Part shown: one piece after another, positions 1-13,608 of the stretch | How the letters are laid out: each line of letters begins with the position of its first letter | How positions within the stretch are numbered: the stretch's first letter is position 1 | Assembly: GCA_965644295.1 (NCBI GenBank) | Contig: CBFFRP010000218.1 | Coordinates: 62,001-126,000 of the forward strand | Length of the DNA: 64,000 nucleotides | From: Paraphysomonas bandaiensis | Taxonomy: Eukaryota; Protista; Chrysophyceae | Reading direction: 5' to 3' | Position numbers and translations under genes: made by a program | The notes under the pieces: model-generated | Told to the model about the DNA's origin: nothing | Database searches by the model: none | Seen by the model: the letters and a program-made list of their open reading frames with translations, nothing else

Positions 1-420
1 TCAGCTGCAGCATTGCAAGTATCTTCATCCCATGGACATGGAGGGTCCTGCGAACGAAGCCACTGCAGAACATCCAAGTGTCCATATCTAGCAGCAGCAT
101 AGCAAGTCTGGCTATCCCATGGACATGGAGGGTCCTGTGAACGAAGCCACTGCAGTACATCCAAGTGTCCACCTTCTACAGCAGCATAGCAAGTCCATTC
201 ATCCCAGGGACATGGAGGGCCCTGTGAACGAAGCCACTGCAGTACATCCAAGTGTCCACCTTCTACAGCAGCATAGCAAGTCCATTCATCCCAGGGACAT
301 GGAGGGCCCTGTGAACGAAGCCACTGCAGAACTTCCAAGTGTCCATCCTCAGCTGCAGCACGGCAAGTCCGTTCATTCCAGGGACATGGAGGGTCCTGTG
401 AACGAAGCCACTGCAATACC
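1..420 (-). repeat. 87-bp coding tandem repeat (29-aa ankyrin-like units), about 5 copies visible
   Basis: GGACATGGAGGG recurs at 34, 121, 208, 295 and 382 (period 87). Confidence 0.95.
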
Positions 421-803
421 TTCAAATGTCCACCCCTAGCAGCACACTCTGTGGGCCAATATTTTCTTTTGCTACCCCATATGTGTATAGGGTCCCTTGT
501 GTCTGTATGTGTGCGTATATGGCTCATGAGATGTTTCAGCTGCTGTAGTCTGCCGTATAGTGCACATGCATTCACTAGATTCATATGTGGGCAGTCCATA
601 GCCAGAGCCCATGAGACCATTGAGTTGGTCATACAGTAGTGAGATGCATGTGACTCAAGTCTCTCTCTGCTCTTATCAGTGTAGACTATATCGTGAAGTC
701 TCTTACTAGTCATGACCACAGGAAGAAGAGCTGCGTGTGGGATCATCGAGATGATGATACGAAGAACATCATCATTAAGATCAGATAGAGTGATTTTATT
801 CAT
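1..803 (-). CDS. F-box plus CPW-type ankyrin-like repeat protein (3' end runs off the window)
   Basis: Manual minus-strand translation from ATG at 803 is open to base 1. It begins MNKITLSDLNDDVLRIIISMIPHAALLPVVMTSKRLHDIV (F-box pattern), followed by repeated CPWDEWTCYAAVEGGHLDVLQWLRSQ(G/D)PP units. Not in the ORF track because the stop lies outside the window. Confidence 0.85.
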   Translation of the reverse strand, partial: MNKITLSDLNDDVLRIIISMIPHAALLPVVMTSKRLHDIVYTDKSRERLESHASHYCMTNSMVSWALAMDCPHMNLVNACALYGRLQQLKHLMSHIRTHTDTRDPIHIWGSKRKYWPTECAARGGHLKVLQWLRSQDPPCPWNERTCRAAAEDGHLEVLQWLRSQGPPCPWDEWTCYAAVEGGHLDVLQWLRSQGPPCPWDEWTCYAAVEGGHLDVLQWLRSQDPPCPWDSQTCYAAARYGHLDVLQWLRSQDPPCPWDEDTCNAAA

Positions 804-972
804 AGTTTATATGAGGCTGATAGAGTGGCAACGCAGAGATAATAATGAGATGAGTGTGATATACACTATACACAATACAGTACTCTGCTGGGCATGCATA
901 TATGCATATATGGGACAGACCACACAAAGAAATTTCCTCAACACAGACACAAACACCGTCACGTACGTACGT

Positions 973-1015
973 ACATACCTACCTACCTACCTACCTACAT
1001 ACATACATACATACA

Positions 1016-1048
<33 letters not shown>

Positions 1049-1673
1049 GTACATACATACATACATACATACATACATACATACATACATACATACATAC
1101 ATACATACATACATACATACATACATACATACATACATACATACATACATACATACATACATACATACATACATACATACATACATACATACATACATAC
1201 ATACATACATACATACATACATACATACATACATACATACGTACATATATACATACATACATACATACATACATACATACATACATACATACATACATAC
1301 ATACATACATACATACATACATACATACATACATACATACATACATACATACACATACATACACATACATACCTACCTACATACCTACATACATACCTAC
1401 ATACATACATACATACATACATACATACATACATACATACATACATACATACATACATACATACATACATACATACATACATACATACATACATACATAC
1501 ATACATACATACATACATACATACATACATACATACACACATGCATACATACATACATACATACATACATACATACATACATACATACATACATACATAC
1601 ATACATACATACATACATACATACATACATACATACATACATACATACATACATACATACATACATACATACA

Positions 1674-1709
<36 letters not shown>

Positions 1710-1712
1710 TAC
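973..1712. repeat. (CATA)n microsatellite, ~740 bp
   Basis: Near-perfect ACAT repeats with a few CCTA/CACA variants, lying between two divergent genes. Confidence 0.99.
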
Positions 1713-1900
1713 TGACCAATGAAACACCTGTGAAAACATTTGATTAGCTAATTAGGATAGATATGGCTTCTTCACCTATACATACATTCATATATATATA
1801 TATTACTATCAGGTCATCAATACACACTCTCCCTATATAGAAGTAACCAACATAATCATCATTCAATTCACAACTATTTCATTTTCTTTCAAAATTTACA

Positions 1901-4900
1901 ATGTTTTCATCAACAAAAAAAAATAAAATCAATTTATTGGATCGTATTACACTGAAACATGATACAGTCTCCGATATCAGTTCAGATATTTCATATAATA
2001 GTCATGATTCATATAATACTTCAAGTGACTCTATAAGATATCATGAAAGTGAAAATGAATCTAATTATAGTCAATATTCTTATGAAGTATGTCCATATGT
2101 GTCCCTTAAAGATACTACTTTAAAATCAATTGGTGAAAATATACAAAATATTGAAAAAAAAATTGAAATGATTACACAAAATTCATTAAATGATTTTATA
2201 AAAACTCAAAAACCCCTACAATTAAAGAAATTAAAGGATATTAATCTAAAAATTGAGAGTTTAAGACATCAAATAGTCTCCGAGAGACATATGGGTATGT
2301 CCCACATCCGTGAGATTGAAGGATTCATTAATCAACTAGAATATAATGCAAATAAGATTCAAGGAAACTTATTATTTCCATATTCAAAGTATGTTTATGG
2401 TAAAGATGGAACATATATTGCATTTAATGATTATTGGATTGAACAGATGGTTGCATGTATTGATATGCATATGATGCATGCATCAACTGATACACTACCA
2501 ACTATACATGCTTTATTATATGGATCATATGAGAATAAAAATACTGGAATATCATTAAAAATACGTTTAAAACAATTTAAATTAACTTCAGATACATCAA
2601 ATTTTCCATCTATCTCATTGGATACATTTGATTTGACTGTGGTAATACGTGTATCTACAACCATGCAATATAATACTCATCATGAACAATATTCATCTAC
2701 AAAAAGACGTCCTGCTGTATATTCTGTGGATGATGATTGTAAATGGGAAATTTTACCGGATGGTTTGGATATATCAGTGCTCTCGTTCAAAGGTCCATTA
2801 GGAATCGGTCGAAGTGTGATGAGTATCCTTGTATCCTTTATAACTCCTCTTATTCGATCAGCGGTACGGTTGTAATAGAGTATAGCACTATATCTGTATT
2901 GTATATATGACTAGCAAATGCACATATTTCATGTAACTGTATATGTGGTGCTGATGGTGTACACAGTTATTAGGCATAATTCCAAGGGAAATAGGGTTGG
3001 CACTATCAGCACCGGACCCGTGCATGGCCCATTGCACTGGAAGCTTTGAACTGGTCGGTACCAGCATCAGCGGGTTGTCAGAAAAGCTTGTAGACAGCGA
3101 GGTAACACAGCAGGCGATAGGGTGTAGCTCGACCCAGTTACAGGCATTCCGGTTCATGCAAAAAAGTATTAATTGTCCGAAACGCATTAAAACTATGGAT
3201 GATGTGTTAAGATACATCGCTCTCTACAGGTGAAACTACACGAATACTGTACCGAAAATTAGAAAAATTCTCTGAGGAATGCATGATAAGCTGTGTACAT
3301 TTTTGTTTTTTGCATGACTGCAAATTATTTTGATGTCTTAACGTCTGCTGTTTTATAAATAGGCATGACACTGACGGCACGTGGAAAGTTCTATGCGATA
3401 TGTGGAATAGTGCAATAAAGATGTACCACGAAATCATGAGAAAACGTTCTTCCCACCCATTACCGGATATGATTATGTTTGATGACCTCATTCAGTATGC
3501 CGAAACGCTTTCGCTTAAGACAGTACAGTTGAACATCCAGCTGAAAGAACTTAGCGGTCGCTTGTCAGTAAAGAAGTGTGTGATGTGTGCAGAGAAGTGG
3601 TTGTACAGGGTGGTAGAGGCGGAAGCTGATGACAGTGTAAATAAGGGAATTTTGACTGCTGATGAGAAGCAGAATTACGTCGAAACTAGCCGTGAGAAAC
3701 TTCAAGCAGAACACAAAGAGAGGGTGCTACTAATGCACGTTTTATGTGACCATATTTCAAGCACTTCTAATGATATATATCTTCACATACACTCAGGCTC
3801 CGACAGCGATATTACGCTTTCCTTAGAGAAATGTAGTGTGTACTTGCCATTATCAGCTGTATCTTTGTACCCTTTTAATCCACTGTCGCCTGTGATATCT
3901 CCCCTTACTAGCTGGTTGATGGGGGTTCATACTGTAACCCCTACAGAAGCTGTACATGTCACCAGTGGGGAAAATACTGAAGAGTTAATAGTGAAGGTAT
4001 ATAGTCATATTATATAATTTCTTATGTATATTTTGGTGAATTTACACGTATGATATAGAGTATTTATCTTTTAGTTTGTATTTATGACTGAAACTTCTCC
4101 AAAAGGTAATTTCGAGCAAGGCATCGTGTCGAACGAAAACTGCGGAAGAGGTCACTGCGAATGAAGATTCTCTTGGTCCATCGATGTCCATTGAAGAGGG
4201 TGATTTGGAGGTAAATAAGAGACCCAATATTGCTGAGGATATGGGTGAGTGTATCTATTCCGCTTCCGTTCGTGGATGGAGTAGTCGACTTATAATTCCG
4301 GATCAAGGAGGAGTTATGTGCAGAATGGAATGCGACGAAAATCACGGCACAGTGCAAGCGGACGATGACGAGTCACCATATACAGTATGTTATCCATCCG
4401 ATTAAGCCGTGTTGTTATATGACCGCTTATTTGTCTGCATCAGGTATTATCTGGTCTGACTACATCTCGCCCTCTAATCAGTGCGCTTGTGAGATCTCTC
4501 AATCCTGTGCATTTGAATCAAGGCTCTATGACGATTCCATATACCATTGCAGGATCACCTGTTCGCCTTGTCATGTCAGACTCTTTCTTGCTTAAAGTCG
4601 ACCTGGACACTGCATATGTTACATGTAATGTCCCTTTAAGTATCTCATTTTTAGAAGAGTTTGTCCGGGATCCAGCGAGTCAACAATATTTAGGTATATC
4701 TCTGGAAGTCAGCACCGTTGAGGCAGTTTCCAGCGTTCTTGACACAGTCAAAAGTTATGCTCTGACGAAAGGATGTGATATTTCTTCGGCAATTCGATTT
4801 GGCGCACATACTTCCAGTAGCGGGAATTGTGGGAGGGATTTAATATTAGAATTTGACACTCCTGCATACGATCCTAATGCAAACGGGGATGAGAGTACGT

Positions 4901-5034
4901 CTCACTCTGCATTCAATTATAGGTGCGTTTCGGGCAATGCCCACTACCATGCGCTGAGTGTCGCAGCTTCTGCTAGCTTGCCAGGACTGTATCGTGATAT
5001 AGTAAGGATTATGTCTCTCGGAGGAAACGTGTAG
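1901..5034 (+). CDS. Multi-exon protein of unknown function
   Basis: Consecutive long + strand ORFs (1901, 2997, 3400, 4184, 4489) separated by short AT-rich GT..AG introns, e.g. CAG|GTGAAA at 3230 with AATAG| at 3362. Some junctions are unresolved. Confidence 0.7.
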
Positions 5035-5534
5035 ATATCTGCTTTGCTATATAAATAGTTAGTTTGATAAAAGTGTTGTGTATTGTATATTATTAAAGTA
5101 AGGCTATATTCCGTTCAGCAATGGTTGAAACTTCATTCAAGTCTTCAGCATCTGTTTGAAAACATTTTTTTTAATATACACATTCTTCAGTGTAAATTGA
5201 GCTAGTGCATGAAAGGAAATCAATGGCCAATGTTTAGAACACCGTAGAGTTGGAGATATCACTGAAATTATCCTTGTACTACGTACAACTTGAACTTGCT
5301 TTGTTTCAAACAATGTACTTCCGAAAGAGAATCCTCATTATTAAGGGAAATATTATATATTCAACCTAGTCTAATAGGATGATTTACCTAGTCACACTAA
5401 TTTCGGTATAGAATCCTAGTCAAAGTAATAGATAATTCAATATATTTATTCAATAATTGATGGCTAGGTGAGTACCATAAACACCTAGTCAACCCAGCTA
5501 TTGTAAACTAAAACTTAGCTCTATCACTTTTATT

Positions 5535-5873
5535 AAGTACCAAGATGCAACCACGTTTGCTCTATCACTCAAAGCAAACGCAGTGAGCAAGCAGCATGTT
5601 GATACCTGACATTTGCTGACGGATGCTTGACTTCAGCAGGTAGCCCAATACCCCGGATGTCTGTTTATTCGTCAAGGCCCAATGACTTCTACACAGGTGA
5701 ACTTATATTAGTGTCCTTTGTATCACACAAGCATTCGGCTATGAGGGGGCAGAAGTTATCTGCTGTCTATGTATGCGGCTCATGTTAGTTTTCCAGAGAG
5801 TATCTCTCCGGCACTTATCCATCAGAACAACTCAGAACACCACGAAAAGGGGCGAGTCCAACTTTGTTGAGAG
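5535..5873 (+). mobile_element. Dispersed ~500-bp repeat family, partial copy
   Basis: Shares CCCGGATG, TATTCGTCAAGG, GGCTATGAGGGGGCAGAA and ...CACGAAAAGG.GCGAGTCCAACTTTGTTGAGAG with the copies at 13.1, 40.9 and 56.6 kb. Confidence 0.85.
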
Positions 5874-7442
5874 TATAGCTGAAAATATGAAATATTTATG
5901 GATAGATTTTACTAGGTTTTTACAATATTTTTGGTGTGACCAGGAAAACACACAATACACCATATTCACTTTATCCGATATTAGATACCGATTATTAGTC
6001 TGTAATCTAAACACTTAGAGCCTCATATCTGGTAAACATCTCTTTTATGCTCACCAGTCAATCCCGCAATCATAAATATCTTATATAGTCATGCATTATT
6101 AACTAAGTTTTATTTTGTAACTTAATTAACTAGAACACTATTGGTCAAACGTCATTGTAAGCGCCATTACATCATCTTGATATGAGACCCTTCGTCCTGG
6201 TTTACTGGAGCAAAAGTTCCTTACAATTCTGGTCCAATTATTTGTACTATTTCTCCCTCCTTGCATCATTCTTGTAGATGTAGCTTGATGAGCTCCATTA
6301 GCTCACTTCCTCTGCGAATTATAATCATCTCATGAAGCAATATCCACTATCCAACTGTAGCCATATTTGGACGATGAAATAAATTGAGTAACCAAACTTA
6401 AATTTACACAATAATTAATCAGTAAATTGCAATCAACATCTCTTCTTATTCTCTATTAAATCTTCTGTACGTTGGCTATAGGCCTCGATGGAATTAGCAA
6501 CACCGACCAAGGAATGTTACTGTGCTAGAGATCGATAATGATATCATGATATGTGTTAGTATCATGTAATGAGCACAGTATGATCTCATCTATGCACTAC
6601 TATAGCGTTGCTACTGATTAGATGGGCATACATATGATACATATCCCATCTGTTGCAATCTTATTGGCTTGAATGACAAAGCAATGCATGTCTTTGAGTG
6701 TAATGGCTTTTATGATAGAGCATTAAGATTATTAGTATGGATAAACATCATGCCTTTGCAATGTAACCATGCAATGGATCATTGTCCCATTGCATATGAT
6801 CTACGACTATAGAGAGAGTGAAAAGGGACAGAGGCACCTCAGTGGTGGACAAAAATGTAGAAAAGCGGGAATTTTGGGAATTATATTCAAAGGATTCCTA
6901 AGATTTTGCAAATGCTATATAGAAAATATGATATTTTTGCGAATGATATTTAAAAAACCCACAATATCCTACAAAGTATGTTATTGTGTGAGATCGGTAG
7001 GACAAAAAAGTGGGGGATAAGTGAAAACCTGGGAAATTTGCTGGATTTTCGAAATACAATGGAAAATTATCCTGAAACACATGTTTGTTGGTCATAAAAA
7101 AATAAAAAATATAACTAAAAAACCCTGTTTTTTACATGATGTTACTTATAGCTGTACACTGCTGTACATAGCAGCAGTATGTTTCTCCTACCCCATTTCT
7201 CCACCGCACATACATACTGCTCAATATACAGCGTATATACACTCCTCTACTGCTGTACCCACCGCACATATATATATACATACATACATTCATGTACAGA
7301 ACACACGCTACATACATACACATACACACATACACACTCACACATACACATACATATACAGCAATCCAAATACACCCACCATTACACATACATACATACA
7401 TACTCACACAATCTATTAACTCCCCCTCCCTCTCCCTCCAAG

Positions 7443-10400
7443 ATGTTATCAGAGATTGTAACCAACCCATCAGTTTCTCTGATGAATACAAATAAAAAAA
7501 AGAAAAGAAGAACAAAGAAAAAAAATAAAACTGTTTCATTGAATCCAACTAACGATCAGAGTGATCATGATGACAGTGATATTGATGACTTTGATGTCTT
7601 GAATGGAAGTGAAACATATGAGAAAGAATCAAAGATGTCAATGAATGTAACTTTAGCAGTATATGCAGGGAATCAAATGGGTGAGTGAGATGGAGATGTG
7701 TGTATATGTGTATGTATATATGCGTGTGTGTCTGTATGTGTCTATGTGTGTATATGTGTATGTATATGGATGGAGATATGTGTGTATATGTGTATATAAG
7801 TGTGTGTCTGTATGTGTATATGTATATGTATATGCGTGTATGTATATAGGTAGATATATAGTGTATAGATATATGTATATACGTCTATATGTATAGATAT
7901 GGAGATGCGTGTATATATGTATTGATACATACGTGCAAAGATAGATATGTGTGCAGAAGTATCATTCATGTGGACCCTTACATGTGTACATGTCAGACGA
8001 CCCCGTCTCTCTCACTATTCAGGAGGTACTGAAGAGAGGCACATACAGTCGTGACACTGTGGCTGCATGTGTAAACAAGATGTGGGATGCCGGGTTGAAG
8101 TATGATGATCCTGATAGTGTACTTGAAGAGTTACATAAAGAGGTATACACTGTATTAACATAAGTATATTTTTACTAATGTATATTTGCATCGTTAATAG
8201 GAAGAGAATAGTAGTATGGATGACTTGTTAGAAGACTATACGAGACCTGCAACTGCAGCTGATGTTGCTGCATTCTCCAAGGCTCAGCGAGCATCTACTG
8301 CTGCCAATGCAGCTTCTGAAACTGTCCAACCTACGTCACAGGCTCACATTGACCCACCTAGTAACCCTTCACCAGAGGTTACACCGAAAGCCCCAACTCC
8401 ATCTCCCCCGAAAACTGTAAACAAGACACCTCCTCAAGTCGAGCAGTCTTTATCAGCGAAGTTGGAACAGGCAGCATGCCACCAGAGCCTACTAGATGCC
8501 CTTATCGCTCTAGAATCGTGGGCTTCGCTGATGACCACGAATGCTCCCAGCATGTTCTTTGATTGTCAGGCTTTAGAATGCATTATCCAGCGACTGTTAG
8601 ATTCACCAGACCTGATACACAAACAGGAGATTCAAGATGTACTGGTGAAATTGTTGTCTAAAGTCTTACTTCCTTCTGAGCCATGCGATGGAAAATATTT
8701 GGATGTGATACGTGGAGTTGTGGGCGCCGTCCAAAGAGTAGCCCAGCAGGTGAATATAAAGATTAGTACTTTCAGCTGCCGTATGATATACATGAAAGTA
8801 AATATACTACATCTACTTATTTCGTTGTGGTGTGTGTAGGTGTCATCGGCATCTGCGCTACGTATTCCATCCAGCACAGCGCCACTTCCTATCCCGATAT
8901 CTCCAGTGACCACCCGTCTTTGCACTTCAATTAGACGTCTTCATATTGTTCTCTCTAAACACCGCATAAAAAACTCCGGTTTTACGTCAACAGAAACTCT
9001 GGACTCCCAGCTTAAGGACATTGTTAGAGAAATAGAGACAGTAAGAAGCAAGAAGAAAGATATAAAGTGTATTTTTGAACTGAGAGAGGTTGAACATGAG
9101 GCTACTCAGCTTCTGCTGAAGGTGAGCTTATCGTGGGCAGAACCTTGTACATTGCTCAAAGCATACAGTGCTGTATATATTTTATGTATTGTTATGCTGC
9201 CTTTCGGGTTCAGAGTATGGTGTGCATTCGGAATGTGTGGTAATGTGTCTGATTATTTCCGTATGTTTATTAGAAACATGAGGCCGTATCCCGCCAACAA
9301 GCCTCTAAGCCAGCCTCCGTTTCTCCCGCTGAAGTTCCCTCATATATCACTAGCACCACCGCCACTGAGAATATGTCCCTCGAAGGGGATATTTTGGCTG
9401 CCACGGGCGTCACCCGATCTCAGATTGATAGCGTAAAGATTCAGGCGTCCAACACGAAGAGCCATTTTGAGCAACTGTACCAAGACCACGAGCAGAGGCT
9501 TCTGCCTTACAAAACTGAAATCTCTATTTGTAATGATCGCTGTATGGATCTGCAGCAACAGCGTGCGTATTTACTGCAACAATTGCACCAGGTCGATACT
9601 GAACTAAAGGCCACTGAAAAAAGATCTTCTGCGGCTCAGCAGAAGATAAATGAGATGCAGAAAACTCACGACGACCTTATAGGTAAGTTATTTTCTTAAA
9701 ATACATCGTGTATATTTCCTATACATCTTCGTATTTTTTCATTATTTTGATTTCTTAGGCACTATGAACTCATCTCATTCTCACATTGTGTCCACCCTAA
9801 ACAAAGATACCCAGTTAAGCCGTTTGTTGCAATCAGTGGGTGAAGTAGACACCTCATTGGTCACTCTGGCTTCAATAGTTACCTCAAGCACAGTTTCTTC
9901 CGGTACATCTACGAACCAAGCAGATGTTGATACTTCGAATGATTCGGTGATACGTCGCTTCAATTCCTACGCTTCATCTGAAAAGGATTGCGTCGAATTC
10001 CTAAGCAAGAGAATAGATCTCTTGGAGAATAAAGTCAAGCACTTACATAGAGAGATATCGGAATATAAGAATCTTGGCATGCAGGTAAATATTCTTATTT
10101 CCACGTGTATATACACTTTTCGTAGATTCCCATGTATTCAAGAGCATATTACATTTGTCTTTTTAACGTACCTGATATGTTTCAGAGTCTGGCGGCAGAT
10201 ATTTCTCAGAGCATCGATAAGCTTCAACAGAACATGGCGGAGGATAGAGATGCACTCAAGTCGATCCAGGAGTCCTTCTGTTCAACTATTCGTTCAATTG
10301 AGAACGTTCTTGGAAAAGGTATAACACAACGTAATAACTCAGTACTAGATGTCATGGCATTAAACATGCAAGCATATAGTGTTATAATATACGTATGGCT

Positions 10401-11229
10401 GAACGTTTACGTGCGTATAGTAGTGCTACATCTAACAGTTACATATGTGTAGATTTTTCTTCAGTGGATCTTTCTTCTATTCATTCAATTGGCAAAGCCC
10501 TTTCTTCATGCGGGTTGTCGCTTAGCGATAACTTATCTAGATTAATGACTGCCCAAATCAAGTCTCAAGACACTGAAAGCACAGGAAATTGTAGCTCGGA
10601 AAAGGTATGCAGATAAATGTATATTTCTTTCATATTGTGAAGTAGTTTATTTTTAGACAACCCAATCGTCATCCTCAAATTCTAGTCGAGTCGCTGCTGC
10701 GAACGCAACTTCAGCTGCTGCAGCTTCGGTATCTCCTACAGAAGCTCCGCTACCCCCAAGATCTAAAAGCAAACCTACGAAGACTAGCGAAAAGCCTAAA
10801 TCAGTCACAGCTGCAAATGTACGTCATGTGACTCCTGAGAGGTCAATTCCAGCTGATAAGACCCATACTGGGACCACACCGCCTCCAGGTAATATGCTGT
10901 GTTGATATATTATTGTTGGAGAAGTATTGTTATGTTTCTTGTATAGGGCTCACTAAAGGTTCACCAAAAAGTACCTGGGCAGGATGGGGCAAGCCACGGG
11001 GAACCGACTCCTCTGTTCCGGACTCCCTGGTTCGCATACAGGTAGTGCTGCGGGTTAGTACTCCACGTTTTTCATTTGTACTCCGCTGTAGGCCGAACAG
11101 AAGGAAGCCAACAAAACTGCTCTAGCCAATGAACAAAAGTCCATTCCCACTCCGGATGTACAAGCACAAGAGGAACCAATTTCGGCCCAAGACGATGACG
11201 AACTTGAAGACGGTGAAATAAGAGAGTAA
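7443..11229 (+). CDS. Multi-exon (~11 exons) coiled-coil protein of unknown function, with N-terminal basic NLS-like patch and C-terminal ELEDGEIRE
   Basis: ATG at 7443 (MLSEIVTNPSV...KKKKRRTKKK). GT..AG introns join the ORFs at ~8000, 8201, 8840, 9274, 9759, 10186, 10453, 10657, 10947 and 11092. Stop TAA at 11227-11229. Confidence 0.7.
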
Positions 11230-12712
11230 GGAGTCGTAGGAACATGCCATGATTTTATTGGTAGTGCGATGAATTTCTAGCTGGAAATATAGCCTTCGTT
11301 GTTGACAGTAGTTTGTACGATGGTATTGTTATCGTCTAATTCAACGAAGTTACTTTCAAGTATTCCATTCAATATAAGCTAGCTGTTGCACTGTTGTTTA
11401 TAACATTAGCGAAATCAATTTAGCGTCAGGGAATGTTTTATAATGCCATGCAACCATTGGAATGAGACATTTTCGATAAATATGTATGGTAGTTGAAGGT
11501 ACAATTGAATTCAGCTAATTGGAGGTATGTATAATAAATACTAATGCAATGTTCAAAGTACATTACACACGTTACGTTAAACAAACTCGAGAAATACGAA
11601 AATAATACTAGCTTGAGAATATCACTCTTTTCGCGGCCAAAACATGTATTAACGATAAATAAATATAGCGTAATTATTAGTTGTTTCACAGCCATACAAA
11701 AACAGTATCAATATTTGACCTTTATATGAACAAAATTAATATGTGACTATATCTTTAATTGCAATTTGCTATATTAATTAATTCACTATCACTAACTAGT
11801 AGAAATGATGTAATTTCCAGGAGATGCGTATCAAGTCATTGTCAAGTATTGATATTACAATAGTTGAAATTGGGGCAGCAAATCACAATTGACTCCAGCT
11901 TCACAATTAATTTAATTTCAATTAATTGATCAAGAAATATCACCATTTTGACACACTGTCAAGTTGGTATACAAGACACCCCCATCTCCCCTCCCTTCGT
12001 CTCTGATACCTTGCCGTCATCTTCCTTCCACACACACTCTATGCCTCAGCCTGTACCCCCCTGCACCAACACAGACACTAACAAGGGCAGCTGAGGACGT
12101 CCGAGTGTCTCCTCCAGACCATCATCATGATCATCTCGTGCATAGGTCTATCAGCGTACCCGACCTTAACAGACCTAGTTCTGTTGCGCAGTCCCGCTCT
12201 CCTCAATCAGATGTGGCCTCTTTTGCACCATCTCACTCCCTCTCTCGACTCCCTGTTGCTGGACACCCCGGATGACCTTCATATCCCACTCCTGTCCAGC
12301 TATACACTCTCTTGCATGTGCTCTCTACCGCTGGCTAAGACAGCAAAAGAGTCGATTTCGATACTTCTTCACAGTAGGCCATTACCTTTTGCAAGACCTT
12401 CATCCCATACCTCCGAGCCACTTGGCACAATGCCTAAAGGAAGGCCACCAGATCGCCAATCTCAGCAGGGTATAGTACTGTTTCCCCTGGTTGCCGTGAG
12501 GTACATAAGGCAGTTCCCGATGCAAATTGCACACAATGTATGTGTAGTCTTAAGCATTCCAGTGTTGTAGTAGTAGACTTAGATCACTGCTTTCACTTGT
12601 CATGCTGTACGTTGCACAACGTGTCCCTTACATACATACACATCTATCATATAGCGCCGGTGAGTCCTAGGGCACACGACAATGGTGAAACTCGCAATCA
12701 ACATCAAGAACG

Positions 12713-12882
12713 GAAGTGGTCGCACCTTGGTGCTTGCGGCGACGCACAAGCAGCTTCTGTAGCGTTAAATAGTAGGATACTGGAATTTGTGCTGATTAGT
12801 TATGGGTAGAGTCTAACTAGTATGTCTAGCATTCAACTAGCCACTATATTGGTACAGGTTTTTAACGCCTATTGCTAAATAA
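12713..12882 (-). mobile_element. Dispersed repeat family, partial inverted copy
   Basis: Reverse complement matches the AGCAATAGGCG...CAAGCACCAAGGTGC.ACCACTTC end of the 13130 and 56569 copies. Confidence 0.7.
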
Positions 12883-13129
12883 AAAGACTTTCAATAATAC
12901 AAGACACCGAATTGTCGAACGTCGTCTGGGCGGCAATGCATAACGCTGCTTTCGAAACGGTAGTCGTAAAGATGCAAAGTGGCAACAAAGTTTCACTTAC
13001 CCGGACGGAGACTTCTTTATGCTCAATGGGGACGAAGAAGGTGGTGACAGTGAGAGTCGAGTACAGAATGACAACAAAATGCAAACTTAGATTCATGGTA
13101 ACAGACAACACGGAAGAGTGCATATCTTA

Positions 13130-13608
13130 GTAGTGATCACCTTATTATTAGCAATAGGCGTTTTCGAGGCTGTGGTACTCTGATTTCTTACTACTATTGA
13201 ACGCTACGAGTCACGGCAAGCACCAAGGTGCAACCACTTCGCTCTATCACTCAAAGCAAACACAGTGAGCAAACAGAATGTTGATATACCTGACATCTTC
13301 TGACTTCATGATTTTTGAGTCCTTAAAGTGAACAGCCCGGATACTTGACTTCAGCAGGCAGTCAAATACCCCGGATGCCTGTTATTCGTCAGGGCACAAA
13401 GGTGTCTACAAGAAGGTGAACTTATATTAGTGTCCCTCTTGTACCTTGTACCTTGTACCACCACACAACCATTCAGCTATGAGGGGGCAGAACGTTTCTG
13501 CTGTCTATGTATGCGGCTCACGTTAGTTTCCCAGAGAGTATCTCTGCAGCACTTATTTATCAGAACTCCGAACACCTCGAAAAGGAGCGAGTCCAACTTT
13601 GTTGAGAG
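13130..13608 (+). mobile_element. Dispersed repeat family, full-length copy with target-site duplication (SINE-like)
   Basis: GTAGTG...TTTGTTGAGAG, flanked by AGTGCATATCTTA (13117-13129) and AGAGCATGTCTTA (13609-13621), 11/13 identical. Confidence 0.8.

Noticed and set aside
119-439. + strand ORF MDMEGPVNEATA... repeats
   Set aside because: Antisense shadow of the minus-strand F-box/ankyrin-like gene, whose translation matches a known repeat type.
712-1747. Long HTYI/MYVC ORFs
   Set aside because: Artefacts of the stop-free (CATA)n microsatellite.
2400-3000. TULIP/BPI-like fold guess for the 1901 gene
   Set aside because: Based only on a beta-strand/long-helix impression; not supportable without a profile search.
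11964-12700. GC-richer stretch with overlapping short ORFs
   Set aside because: No recognisable motif in the frames read; probably a decayed element, but not assignable.
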